Assembly: GCF_006345805.1 (NCBI RefSeq)
Contig: NC_043015.1
Location: 46,686,001-46,750,000 of the forward strand
Direction of reading: 5' to 3'
DNA length: 64,000 nucleotides
Origin: Octopus sinensis
Taxonomy: Eukaryota
The stretch's first letter is position 1; every line of letters begins with the position of its first letter. Shown here in pieces: positions 1-11,960 of the stretch. Below the pieces are notes generated by a model. The model was not told the DNA's origin. It ran no database searches and saw only the letters and a program-made list of their open reading frames with translations. Position numbers and translations under genes: made by a program.

Positions 1-172
1 AGCAGCAGCAGCAGCAGCAACAACACAACAACAACAACAACACAGCAACAACAACAGCACAGCAGCAGCAGCACAGCAACAACAACAACAACAGCAACAG
101 CAGCAGCAGCCAACAACAACAGCAGCAGCAGCAGCGGCAGCAACAACAACAACAACAACAACAACAGCAACA

Positions 173-203
<31 letters not shown>

Positions 204-589
204 CAACAACAACACCAACAGCAGCAACAACAACAACAGCAGCAGCAGCAACAGCAGCAGCAGCAACAACACAACAACAGCAGCAGCGGCAGCAACAACA
301 ACAACAGCAGCAACAGCAGCAGCAGCAACAGCAGCAGCAGCAACAACAACAACAGCAGCAGCAGCAGCAACAGCAGCAACAACAACAACAGCAGCATCAC
401 AACAACAGCAGCATCAGCAACAGCGCAGCAGCAGCAGCAGCAGCAACAACAACAACAACAACAACAACAGCAACAACAACAGCAGCAGCAGCAGCAGCAA
501 CAACACCAACAACAACACCAACAGCAGCAACAACAACAGCAGCAGCAGCAGCGGCAGCAACAACAACAACAACAACAACAACAGCAACA

Positions 590-620
<31 letters not shown>

Positions 621-794
621 CAACAACAACACCAACAGCAGCAACAACAACAGCAGCAGCAGCAACAGCAGCAGCAGCAACAACAACAACAGCAGCAGCA
701 GCGGCAGCAACAACAACAACAGCAGCAACAGCAGCAGCAGCAACAGCAGCAGCAGCAACAACAACAACAGCAGCAGCAGCAGCAACAGCAGCAA

Positions 795-832
<38 letters not shown>

Positions 833-851
833 GCAACAGCAGCAGCAGCAA

Positions 852-900
<49 letters not shown>

Positions 901-907
901 AGCAGCG

Positions 908-963
<56 letters not shown>

Positions 964-968
964 AACAG

Positions 969-1015
<47 letters not shown>

Positions 1016-1067
1016 GCAACAGCAGCAGCAGCAACAACAACAACAGCAGCAACAGCAGCAGCAGCAA

Positions 1068-1116
<49 letters not shown>

Positions 1117-1148
1117 ACAGCGGCAGCAGCAACAACAACCAGCAGCAA

Positions 1149-1179
<31 letters not shown>

Positions 1180-1244
1180 AGCAGCAGCAGCAACACACAG
1201 CAGCAGCAACAACAACAGCAGCAGCAGCACAGCAGCAGCAGCAA

Positions 1245-1293
<49 letters not shown>

Positions 1294-1510
1294 AACAGCA
1301 GCAGCAGCAACAACAACAACAGCAGCAACAGCAGCAGCAGCAACAACAACAACAGCAGCAGCAGCAGCCAACAACACCAACAGCAGCAACAACAACAGCA
1401 GCAGCAGCAACAACAACAGCAGCAGCAGCAACAACAACAGCAGCAGCAGCAACAGCAGCAGCAGCAACAACAACAACAGCAGCAACAGCAGCGGCAGCAA
1501 CAACAACAAC
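1..1510. repeat. Compound (CAG)n/(CAA)n trinucleotide array, truncated by window start
   Basis: Almost pure AGC/AAC triplets with rare GGC/ACC variants; it generates the poly-Leu and poly-Ala/Val minus-strand ORFs. Confidence 0.97.
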
Positions 1511-1578
1511 TGAAACAAACCTCAAGAGGTCATCAGTTTTGTTTGCGTTGTCATCATAGTAGCAGTGATGGTAGTGGT

Positions 1579-1948
1579 GGCAAGCTGGCAGAAACGTTAG
1601 CACGTCGGGCGAAATGCTTAGCGGTATTTCGTCTGCCGCTACGTTGTGAGTTCAAATTCCGCCGAGGTCGACTTTACCTTTCATTCTTTCGGGGTCGATA
1701 AATTAAGTACCTATTTCTTTACTACCCACAAGGGGCTAAACACAGAGAGGACAAACAAGGACAGACAAACAGATTAAGTCGATTATATCGACCCCAGTGC
1801 ATAACTGGTACTCATTTAATTGACTCCGAAAGGATGAAAGGCAAAGTTGATAAATTAAGTACCAGTTACGCACAGGTGTCGATGTAATCGACTTAATACC
1901 TATGTCTGTCCCCTCTATGTTTAGCCCCTTGTGGGTAATAAAGAAATA
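1579..1948 (+). mobile_element. tRNA-headed SINE family A, with a nested antisense copy of the same family
   Basis: Head GGCAAGCTGGCAGAAACGTTAGC...GAGTTCAAATTCC (B box) and core CCTTTCATCCTTTCGGGGTCGATAAATTAAGTACC. Outer TSD GGTAGTGGT (1570-1578/1949-1957). Inner insert 1712-1848 with TSD GATAAATTAAGTACC. Confidence 0.9.
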
Positions 1949-2344
1949 GGTAGTGGTGGTCTTAGAGGTAGGGATGGTGGTAGTGGTACAGAATTGATGT
2001 CTTCTTGAGCTCTGTCAGCTCAACTCTTTGTACAGTACCAAAAAAAAAAAAAAATCACAAACTATTCACAGACTCTCATCCCGGATGTACAAACTGATAT
2101 TCAATAAGACAGCTGCTGCTGGATGTGAATTATGACAGAGAAAATATATCAAGGACTGCACAGGAAGAGCAGGGATATTTTCATTTTGATCAGGCTAAAA
2201 TTATGAGATGTGTGATTACTACAGGATTATATATTATTCATTCTTTTTTAATCTTTGTATTTTATGTTATCTTTTTGACAAATAGATATTTGTATAGAAG
2301 TATGGACATCTGATATACAGAGGAAAAAGAGGTATTCTTGGGGC

Positions 2345-2520
2345 ATCCATCCATTCATCTATCCAGCCAATCAGCCAGCCAGCCAACCAACCAGCCAGCC
2401 AACCAACCACCCAGCCAGCCAACCAACCACCCACCCAGCCAACCACCTACCCAGCCAGCCAGCCAACCACCCACCCAGCCAGCCAGCCAGCCAGCCACCT
2501 AGCCAACCAGCCAGTCAGCT

Positions 2521-2553
<33 letters not shown>

Positions 2554-2705
2554 TCCACCAGCTAACCAACCACCCAGCCAGCCAACCACCCAGCCAGTCA
2601 GCCAGCCAGCCAACCATCCACCCAGTTAACCAACCACCCAGCCAGCCAGCCAGCCAACCAACCAGCCAACCACCCACCCAACCAGCCAGCCAGCCAGCCA
2701 GCCAG
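2345..2705. repeat. (CCAG)n/(CCAA)n tetranucleotide array
   Basis: Direct inspection. Confidence 0.95.
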
Positions 2706-2749
2706 CTGAAAAAACAAAAGCAAGAATAACAGAAACAGATTTATATTTT

Positions 2750-3105
2750 TTAAATTCGTCCTTAGTCGAAAGACACCTGTTGTTATATCCTGTTATTTGT
2801 AATTGTGTAACTTTTTTGTCTTTTTTATTTTTCGGCCTTGTTTTCGTATACATTCGCAGCTTTCTTCCAAGGAATGTAATGCTCTTAGCTTATTTTTTCA
2901 TTGATGCTGGCCAGATTGGAGCAATCTCGAGTATAACCAGATGAAATTGCAAAGATAATCTGGAACTTGATTGAGGATAGAAAACTCTGAATGATCCATC
3001 CTTGTTTTCCTTGTATCATCTGTCTGGATATTTTGTTGCCCCTTTTTGTTTCACCTGTCTGGATGTTTTGTGTTCTTGTCCCATTTTTGTATTTATATAT
3101 ATATA
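2750..3105. repeat. Unclassified dispersed repeat, copy 1 (copy 2 at about 4030-4400)
   Basis: Shared blocks TCGAAAGACRCCTGTTGTTA, TTCGTATACATTCG, GCTGGCCAGAT..GGAGCAATCTC, GAAATTGCAA, GAATGATCC; both copies end in (TA)n. Confidence 0.75.
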
Positions 3106-3324
3106 TTTTTTAAATATTCTTTATCTCTTACTTGTTTCAGCCATTGGTTGGTTGCTGGCCATGCTGGGAAAGAGCCTTGAAAGGTTTGGTCAACCAACTC
3201 AACTCCCAGTATTTATCTTTAAATCCAGTCTCTTTTATGAAACTGCTACATTACAGGGACACGCTGAGAGGTAGTGTGGGACAAACATAATCACATACAT
3301 CATGTGTGTGATGTGTATCTCTGT

Positions 3325-3608
3325 CATCATCATCATCATCGTTTAACGTCCGTTTTCTATGCTAGCATGGGTTGGATAGTTTGACCGGGGTCTTGGAAGC
3401 CAGGCTCCAGTCTGATCTGGCAGTGTTTCTACAGCTGGATGCCCTTCCTAATGCCAACTACTCCGTGAGTGTAGTGGGTGCCTTTTACGTGCCACCAGAA
3501 CAGGGGCCAGAAGAGGCTGGCAAACGGCCACAATCGGTTGGTGCTTTTTAATGTCACCGACACGGGCGCCAGTCAGGCAGCACTGGCATCAGCCACGTTT
3601 GGATGGTG

Positions 3609-3612
<4 letters not shown>
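3325..3612 (-). mobile_element. SINE/LINE-tail family D (GGAAGGGCATCC core, (ATG)n tail)
   Basis: Motif CAGCTGGATGCCCTTCCTAAYGCCAAC and (CAT)n tail. Related copies at about 29570-29795, 30640-30960, 36258-36420, 51485-51650, 55520-55940, 56170-56440, 57450-57700, 61215-61400 and 63640-63910. Confidence 0.8.
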
Positions 3613-3657
<45 letters not shown>

Positions 3658-4029
3658 GACGAAGAAAGCGGTGTTATCATGATGGTGGTCTTTCAACTCA
3701 GACAAATTGAATACAGCTAACATATTTGAAAAATAAGGCCTTATGCCAGGCGAAGAAAGCGGTGTTATCGTGATGGTGGTCCGAAGCGAAAGGGCTATAG
3801 TTGGCCAGTGGTCACGTGAGAAGAGAAAAAGAGGGGCAAAGGAATTAAAGAGGGGGAGAAGAGAGAGAAAAAGAGGAACAAATGTATTAAGGAGGGGGAG
3901 AAGAGAGAGAAAAAGTGGAACAAGGAATTAAGGAGGGGGAGAAGAAAGAGAGCGTGTCAAGGATTGGCGAGAAAAAAGAAAGACAGGGACAGTTAAGTGC
4001 AAAGCCTTATTTTTCAAATACACTAGCTG

Positions 4030-4400
4030 AATTCAATTCGTCTGAGTCGAAAGACGCCTGTTGTTAAGTCCTGTTATTATTATTATTATTGCTTTTTGTA
4101 TTTATATTCATATTATTTTTTGTTTTTTTTTTGTATTTATATACGTGTAACATCGTCCGTTTTTCCATCCTTGTTTCGTATACATTCGATTCTTTTTCCA
4201 AGAAATCTAATGCTCGTAGCTTAGTTTTTCCTTGGGGCTGGCCAGATAGGAGCAATCTCAAGATTAATCAGCCGAAATTGCAAGGATGATCCGATTCTTG
4301 ACTGAAGATTAGCGGCTTCGAATGATCCGTCCGTGTTTTTTGTATCGTCTATTTGAATGTTTTGCATTCTTGTCCTATTTTGTATTTTTATATATATATA
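4030..4400. repeat. Unclassified dispersed repeat, copy 2
   Basis: Aligns by eye with 2750-3105. Confidence 0.75.
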
Positions 4401-4644
4401 GCAGCGTACATACACCTTGTTCTCTTATATATATATATATATAATGTATACAACAAAAATTAGAGAATGGAGAAATATACTTAAATCAGTAAAACATCAA
4501 CTATCCGATGATACTCAATCCATACTTAATACACCATTACATATGAGTAAAGGCAATACATAAAATGAAATGAGATATACAGTAATAGTAACAAGATAAA
4601 GAGATATAAGTAAAAAATTTTTCAAATATAATATGCAAATAAAT

Positions 4645-4762
4645 CAAAACTGACAGCTGTTTCGGCAGTGAGGACAGTCATACCTCATTAAACCTATAAG
4701 CCATAAAGGCAGGTATAAATGAGGCATTAACAAGGATGCCCCACGGCCTCTTCAGAGAATTA
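4645..4762 (-). ncRNA. Type I hammerhead ribozyme motif with extended stem II (Penelope-associated)
   Basis: Minus strand: CUGAAGA (4755-4749), stem II GGCCGUGGGG/CCUCACUGCC, GAAA, palindromic stem III ACAGCUGU, GUC cleavage triplet (4654-4652). Stem I is weak. Confidence 0.7.
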
Positions 4763-5097
4763 AATTAAATTTGTTATAATAGTGAAAAATATTATACAAT
4801 CATATACATATAAATATAAAATATAAAAATGTAAAATATAAAAACTTATACATCATAAGCTACACTTATATAATATAATACACATTTGTACAAAAAAGGA
4901 AGGTAAACAGAACAAAATAAAACAAAATATATAATAGTGTATATATTAATATCAATAAGTACCGATATTATACATATTTGGCTAATAGTTTTTATATATA
5001 TAAAAAAAGGCTAACATATATGGAGATGAAAAATAATAATTAAATCCGTGGTACAGTTCATAAGATTCTAAAGCTATAAAAGTTAATAAAAATTACT

Positions 5098-5155
<58 letters not shown>

Positions 5156-6862
5156 TATAATAAAAAATAGATACAGTTAAGTTAGCACCAAGTCCATCCT
5201 TACAAGATCGAAATAACTATGAGTTAAGAAATGCTGACCACTAGGTAAAGAAAATATAGATTAATTCGATGGCTATTGGTTTGAAATTTAAATCACAAAA
5301 GAAAATTATACGGTTGGTTAGTCAGGGAACGCCAATATTCACACACGCATCTACAGATCAATCGTACATACACACATAGTAATATGTATATGCATACACT
5401 TATACACATACATAATTACAAGCAACAACTAGCACATAGATAAACAAAAAGGGAAGCAACTATGCTACAATTTAGTCCTTCAAAATTATAATTGTGCCTC
5501 AATAAAAAAGAAGAACCATCCATGCATTCCATAAAATATTTAATTTAGATATAATATATTTTTAAATATCAGTATGTTACTAAGTCAGATACTTATTTCA
5601 AGGGTAACTTAAAATTTATAACACCGGTTTGTTGCAGAGTAAACATACGGTTGTTAGATTTATCGTAAGTTTGTTATGGTTTTAAGTACGCTAAATTATA
5701 AAATATAAAATATAAAATATATATTAATTTAAATATTATAAATAAGTCACTTATTAACTTAATAAATATAGTGCCATAATATACCAGTTTAGGCATTAAA
5801 GAATAGAAGGGGAAGTATTAATGTAAACGCTTATGAAAACATCACAAAAATTTTAAATAAATTTTATATTATAAAGACTTAAGATGAAAAGAGATAAATA
5901 AATAAGAAGGAATAAATACGAAGGAATAAATACGGTTATACACATAATTATAAGTACAACCAGTATATATGTATTCATATATTATTAAAATTAAATAAAA
6001 ATAAATGATAGATATGTATGTATAAAACTACCCCAGTATAAGTAAATAAGTAAAAAATAAATAGATAGCAAATTAGATGACTTGATATGTATGTAAACAT
6101 CTACACTTAAAAAGGCAAATAAATAAATAAGTAGAAGACTAGATGCAAAAATTGATAATATTACAATAAAATGGAAAATAAATAAAAAATAATAAATAGA
6201 GTGAATATATATGTTATATTGTTGAAAGTAAATATGTATGGAAGGATAGTTTAAAGTACAGATCCAGAAGACTATAGATATAAACTAAATATATGAGGCT
6301 AGTAATAATTATAAAGCATAATGCATGTAAATGAGAAAATGAAAAAAATGAAAAAGGTTTATCAGTGAATAGCATAAGATACAAATTAAGGTGAGTACAA
6401 AAAGACCAAATATACAATAAAAACCTTCCAAATAAACACATACAAAAAACCTATAATCTCAACCTAAACCCACCAAACTCACAAAAGCTCTCATATATTA
6501 CATATTATACAATATCATTACATTATCCAGAGCTAGGTATCTACCCAAGATATATAATATACTATGCAATATGCTATGCAATATTGGAAAACTTCAAAAT
6601 CACACATTACAAGGCAAGTACCAAATGAATATGTTATTTTATGTCATATTGCAATTCTCTTAAAAAACAAACAAAAACCCACATACAAAAAACAAGAAAC
6701 CAATAATACTAGACACATCCATTAATTATTATACAAATGTAGCTATAAAAATTATAAATTATAAAATATATAAATTGTATACTTTAGAAATTATAGAAGA
6801 CCACAGGTATATTTAGTTAAAGAAGGGAGTTAAAAAATTAATAATAGTGGAAGTGCTAAGTT

Positions 6863-9695
6863 CTATTTGAATCTAGAAAAGGTGAACGGTAGCCTATGAA
6901 TACAAACGAAGTTTTTTTCATTAATGTTGTTAATAATTTGCCGACCCGCTTTAATAATGAAGAAAATTTCATTAATACATAGAGAGCATTTTTTTATTTT
7001 TTCCATTATACACAGGTGCTGAAGTTAGTATTTTCCAGTTTAATCTAAAATCTAAGTTCTTATTTTTAAGCTCCCAAATGTATGCACTTAGCCCTGTAGA
7101 GTACATTCTATTTTTATTCCTAAAAGTATATCTGTGATAATTCCATCTTTGTTTTATGCTATTCATAGTTGCCCCGATATACACCTACTACTCAATTGTG
7201 TATCTACAGTGCATTGGTAAACTACCTCCTTCCTGAGGCATTGATTACCAAATACACATTTATTTTTATCTCTGCAATTACAAAGATTAACAGAATGAGG
7301 AAATCTAAAATTGGACAACACCCCTATACTACTATTCACATTATAAGTGTTACAATTGTTATCATCATCCAAACCCAAAATCAACGAATGAGTTAATTTC
7401 ACATTATCGGCTATATTCCTGTCACTAGTACTAGTATTGGTAGTAGTAGTATGATCTATTTCATTTATATTATCTCTGACAGGTATGGTGCACTCATTAT
7501 TAGTAAGGAGGTTGTTCCCATTTGTTCCAAGAAAGTTTCTATTCCTATTATTAATGAAGAGGGGCAAGTTTTCCTGGTCTAAATTCAATTTTCTATCCTT
7601 ATAGAAGTGATCTAGTTTCTTGTTATTAAAAGAGGAGATAATGGTGGCTAGATTATGAGTAATGCTATATCCCACCCTAACAGTACCGTTGTTAATTAAA
7701 GGACTAAATTTATTCTTATCCTTACCAAAATGCCTAAAAATAACATTATGCAAAGCTCTCACTATGTTTGTTTTAATCTGCATTGCATATGGGATAATCA
7801 ACCAAAGAGTATCCTTATCAGAATTAGGATTGCCTATAGAATTAATGTTATTTGTAAAAATCCTATTCGTAGACCAACTCATAGGATTACTATTCTTACC
7901 ACTGTCATTGTTATATTTATCTATATCAATATTACCATGGTTATTGCGCAAGTAAACTTTACCATTATCATGTCTACCATAAGTTTTAATTCGTATATTA
8001 TTATTAATATTCCTACTATTACCCATATGTTTAGATCTATTTGAGCTACCGTTCACCTTTCCAAGGTTAACATCACTTCTACATTTATTATAGGTGTTAT
8101 CATATATTCCATTTTTACAATTCTTATGTATATTGTTGATTATCCTAAATCTATTTGTGTTGTTTCTGATAGTTCTACCTCCATTAGGGGGGTTCACCTT
8201 AGGTATAAACCAAATCTTACTTTTATATCCTGCCTTAAGCAATGCTGCATTGTATCTATCACAGTGTTTGTTAAAAATTTCCTCGTTTGAGGATAAACTA
8301 GAAATTCTCTGACTAATGCTCCTCACTAGTGCATTTTTAATTTGAGGGGGGTGATTACTTGAACGGTTAATGTATATTAGGTTAGAATTAGGTTTAATAT
8401 AGGGTTCATGTAAACCATTAGTAATATTACAATTAACATCTAAATAATTAGCAGAATAATTTTCACTTTCAATGATAATGGATAGGCCGAAGCTTTTAAA
8501 AAATTATTTATTCTTTTTTTCAGAAGATCTAATCTCCTATTTGATGTATTCCTAACACAAATAAGGCGTCATCCCTGTATAATCCACCTTTTATTCAGGG
8601 AATTCCCTACTAAAGTTATCTAATAGATACATCCCAACTAGATCGTCACCTCCGCTGAGTCCGGCGATCCCATAGTGATATCGAACAAGTTGGGTGTGTC
8701 CTTTCTAGCCCAAAGTTTATTATCAAACTCTATTAAAGTTTTCCTGGCTGTTAGTATAACCTTAATCTCCCCCATACTTAATTTAGTGTGTTTTCTAGCA
8801 AAATTAGGACTTATTTAATATAATAGGTTAATGGAAGTGTAATAATTCTGTATATCGAATTGTATAAATTTATTTCTATTATAGCTAAAGTTGTTACTGT
8901 CACAGACCTTAATGGCAGAAAACCAATCCAAAGCACCCTGAGTATTCTTCCAAAGGTTTAGTTTGATTTTATTGCGGATGGTGGGTAGGTATTTATCCAG
9001 AATGAGTTTACTTAGTCTGCCTAAGTCAGATTTAGTGGGGCAAATTAATCTGACCTGTGTGTTTCCAAGAAAATTCTCTTTATGATCCTTTAGTGTAATT
9101 CTCGGTCTAGATGGGGTGTAGGGTTCTGTTTTTTCTTCTAGGTAGTAGTCAAATGATTTCTCTGATTTCCAGGTTCAGTTTTCTAAGTGTACTAGAAGGT
9201 ACTACTTTGTATTTCTTGGTTATTTCCTTGTAGAAGATCATGATATGCAGTAATGTCAATGTTGTAGATGTTGTTGGTTTTGTCAGAATGTGTTAGAATG
9301 CCGCTCTTACCTTTGAGAGTTCTAATTAAGTCTTTCAATTCTCTTTGGTGTTGGTTATATCTTAAAGGATGATTTCTAAATTTTATGTTTTTTACAGTCT
9401 CCCATAGTTCTTGTTCAAAATTGTCTAGATGTATATTTGGTGGAGGAGACTTCCTAGATTTAAATGTAGTGCCTGTTAGTTTTAATATTTCTTCATAGGT
9501 GCTTCCAATTCTATTACGGATCGTTTCCTCATTGTGTTGTTGGTTTATTTTATTATTATAGTTCTCATGGTGGAAAATCCTCCATCTGATCCTGTGGATG
9601 AATTCATTCATTCTATAAATTAGTTCTTTAGTGTAATGGTCTTTGGTAGGGATAGGTACATCCTTCATTGATGAATTGATCAGTATTTTCTCCAT
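6863..9695 (-). mobile_element. Penelope-like retroelement ORF (RT + GIY-YIG endonuclease), frameshifted; probably Naiad-type
   Basis: Manual translation: N-term SMKDVPIPTK..RIRWR; SDKTNN; ITLKDHKENF..VRLICPTKSDLGRLSK..WKNT; FIQFDIQNYYTSI; FDITMGSPDSAEV-DLVG; GLYRDDAL; CNCRDKNKCVFGNQCL; VVYQC..YIGAT..KQRW..H; CSLCINE..CIH; stop at 6865-6863. Confidence 0.92.
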
Positions 9696-10040
9696 TCTTC
9701 TAGCAGTAATGATCAAAGGAACAAATATACTATACTAGGGTGTATTCACATGCACTATTAATATTTAAGTCAATAAATGGATGCTTATATTACACCAGTA
9801 TGAGCAATTCAGGTTCTTCAAAAGATAATTTAGGTTTAAAAATGAGATAGGGGTTGAAAATTCAACCCACCATGGGATAATATATATCCAATATACTGCT
9901 AGATAGGTACCCAACAAAAATAATACATAGATGTTAAAAATTGTCAAACAATCAGTTCATCTATTGCATTATATGGGTAAAGGTAATAAAATTAAATAAT
10001 GTATACATATATATAATGTATACATATATATATATACATA

Positions 10041-10201
10041 CTGTATTTTAACGTGTATAAGGAACAATTTTTTGTCAACAATTAGGTTAAAAAATATGTG
10101 AATTTCTTATACATGGATAGTATTATAATACCTTACAAAACCTTTTTTCCAAATTTTAAGCCCCCAAAATTAGGGGATTCCTTATACATGTTAAAATATG
10201 G
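10041..10201. mobile_element. Short TIR element (Tc1/pogo-type MITE)
   Basis: Imperfect TIR CTGTATTTTAACGTGTATAAGGAA / TTCCTTATACATGTTAAAATATGG, preceded by TA. Confidence 0.5.
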
Positions 10202-10204
10202 TTT

Positions 10205-10783
10205 ATATAGACAGTGCATGTGAGAGACACAAAGGAGAGAAATGTGTCTGCATGGATGATGGTGCACTTGCATTTAATGATTCTGCAAAGAAAGAGGCTT
10301 GGAAATGCCATTATGAAGGACTGCTGAATATGGAGAATGAATGAGAAGTGGAGAGTTTGCCAAGTGTTGACCCAATTGAGGGACCAGCTACCTGAATTGA
10401 CAGTTCCTTGGTAGATAAAGCAATTAAAGATATGAAGACAAGAAAAGCCCTCAGCCCATCAGGAATCACTGCTGGGATGCTTAAAATATCTGGCAGTGTG
10501 GGTTATGGTCTAGTCCCCCGTATTGTAAATCAGGTGGTTCACAAAGGAGTCATACCCAATGACTGGTGTAGCTACACCAAAGTCAACTCCTACAAAGGTA
10601 AAGGTGATGCCTTTGATTGAAATAATTACAGACATGTCTGATTGTTGGATCAGGTGATGAAAGTTATGGAGAGAGGCACAACCCAACTAATTAGGGAGAG
10701 AGTTAACCTAGATGAGATGCAGTTTGGTTTTGTGCCAGGGAAAAACACCACCGATGCTGTATTTCTGATGAGGATGCTGCAGT
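10205..10783 (+). mobile_element. Degenerate RTE-clade LINE, RT N-terminal fragment
   Basis: KEAWKCHYEGLLN..KAIKDMKTRKALSPSGITAGMLK..YKGKGDA..NYR..LLDQVMKVMER..DEMQFGFVPGKNTTDAVF, with stops. Confidence 0.85.
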
Positions 10784-10814
10784 ATGATGATGATGATGAT
10801 GATGATGATGATAT

Positions 10815-11040
10815 GGCGACAAGTTCGCAGAAACGTTAGCGCGCTGGGTGAAATGCTTTGCGGTATTTCATCTGTTGTTACGTTCTGAGTTCAAATTCCG
10901 CCGAGGTCGACTTTGCCTTTCATCCTTTCAGGGTCGACAAATAAAGTACCAGTCTTGTACTGGGGGTCGATGTAATCGACTTAATCCCTTTGTCTGTCCC
11001 CTCTATGTTTAGCCCCTTGTGGGTAGTAAAGAAATATATA
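10815..11040 (+). mobile_element. SINE family A
   Basis: Same head/core/tail as 1579-1948. Further copies at about 24575-24715, 26083-26300, 30475-30612, 38270-38503, 38790-39018 and 55220-55380. Confidence 0.88.
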
Positions 11041-11326
11041 TATGAAGAAAGAGAGCTTCCAAGTTTCCAACAATGTAAAAAGGGAAAATTTAGTAACCTT
11101 TATATATTTCAGGCATAAAGGCCCATCATCAGAAGTAAACAGTTTAGACATGTGAGTTTATGTAGATGTAGATGCAGCTCCTTTAATTACTGGATAGACA
11201 GGCAGACAGGCAGCTGGTCTGTTGGTCAGTTGGTATGCATGCATACAAACATGTATGTATGTTGATTTCTGTATTTACTTGAACATTTCAGTTATTTACA
11301 GGATTACTCTCTCTCTCTCTCTCCTA

Positions 11327-11704
11327 TTACTCTTTTTACTTGTTTCAGTCATTTGACTGCGGCCATTCTGGAGCACCGCCTTTAGTCGAGCAAATCGGCC
11401 CCGGGACTTATTCTTTCAGTCTCTTTGCCAAACCGCTAAGTAACGGGGACGTAAACACACCAGCATCGGTTGTCAAGCAATGCTAGGGGGACAAACACAG
11501 ACACACAAACATACACACACACATATATATATACATATATACGACGGGCTTCTTTCAGAGTCCGTCTACCAAATCCACTCACAAGGCTTTGGTCGGCCCG
11601 AGGCTATAGTAGAAGACACTTACCCAAGATGCCACGCAGTGGGACTGAACCTGGAACCATGTGGTTGGTAAGCAAGCTACTTACCACATAGCCACTCCTG
11701 CGCC
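11327..11704 (-). mobile_element. tRNA-derived SINE family B (two arms around an internal (TA)n(TG)n microsatellite)
   Basis: Head GGAGTGGCTGTGTGGTAAG..GGTTCAGTCCC (A/B boxes), CCTTGGGCAAGTG block, tail GACTGAAACAAGTAAAAGAG. This family is the source of the many MSSNARGTNTDTQ / MLGGQTQTH ORFs. Confidence 0.92.
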
Positions 11705-11740
11705 GATTATGAAAAAAAAAAAAACAAATTGAAAGGTTAA

Positions 11741-11960
11741 CTTTGTACTATTCAAACTGGCCATAGCAGGCCCAAATATTCTACCTGTTTTATGTACAAA
11801 CTGGCCGGATCAGACCTCTCGCGCCAACCCTACAATGTCATTCTAAAAATGAACAATCACATCACTGAAATCTCAAAGCTGTAAGATAACGTATGATAAA
11901 TTCAAAATAACTCAAATAAATAATTGTTACATTCGACAAAGTAATCTAAATATCAAAGGG
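11741..11960. mobile_element. piggyBac-type MITE
   Basis: TTAA on both sides (11737-40, 11961-64), right end AAAGGG; related to 28717-29234. Confidence 0.65.

Noticed and set aside
397-1518. 373-aa and 312-aa poly-Leu/Ala/Val ORFs
   Set aside because: Reverse-strand readouts of the CAG/CAA array.
1508-1545. Minus-strand CTGATGA followed by CCTC/GAGG hairpin
   Set aside because: No GAAA or stem III follows.
4295-4345. CTGAAGA...GAAT motif in the unclassified repeat (and TTGAGGA in copy 1)
   Set aside because: No A15.1 or stem III pairing, and the core is not conserved between copies.
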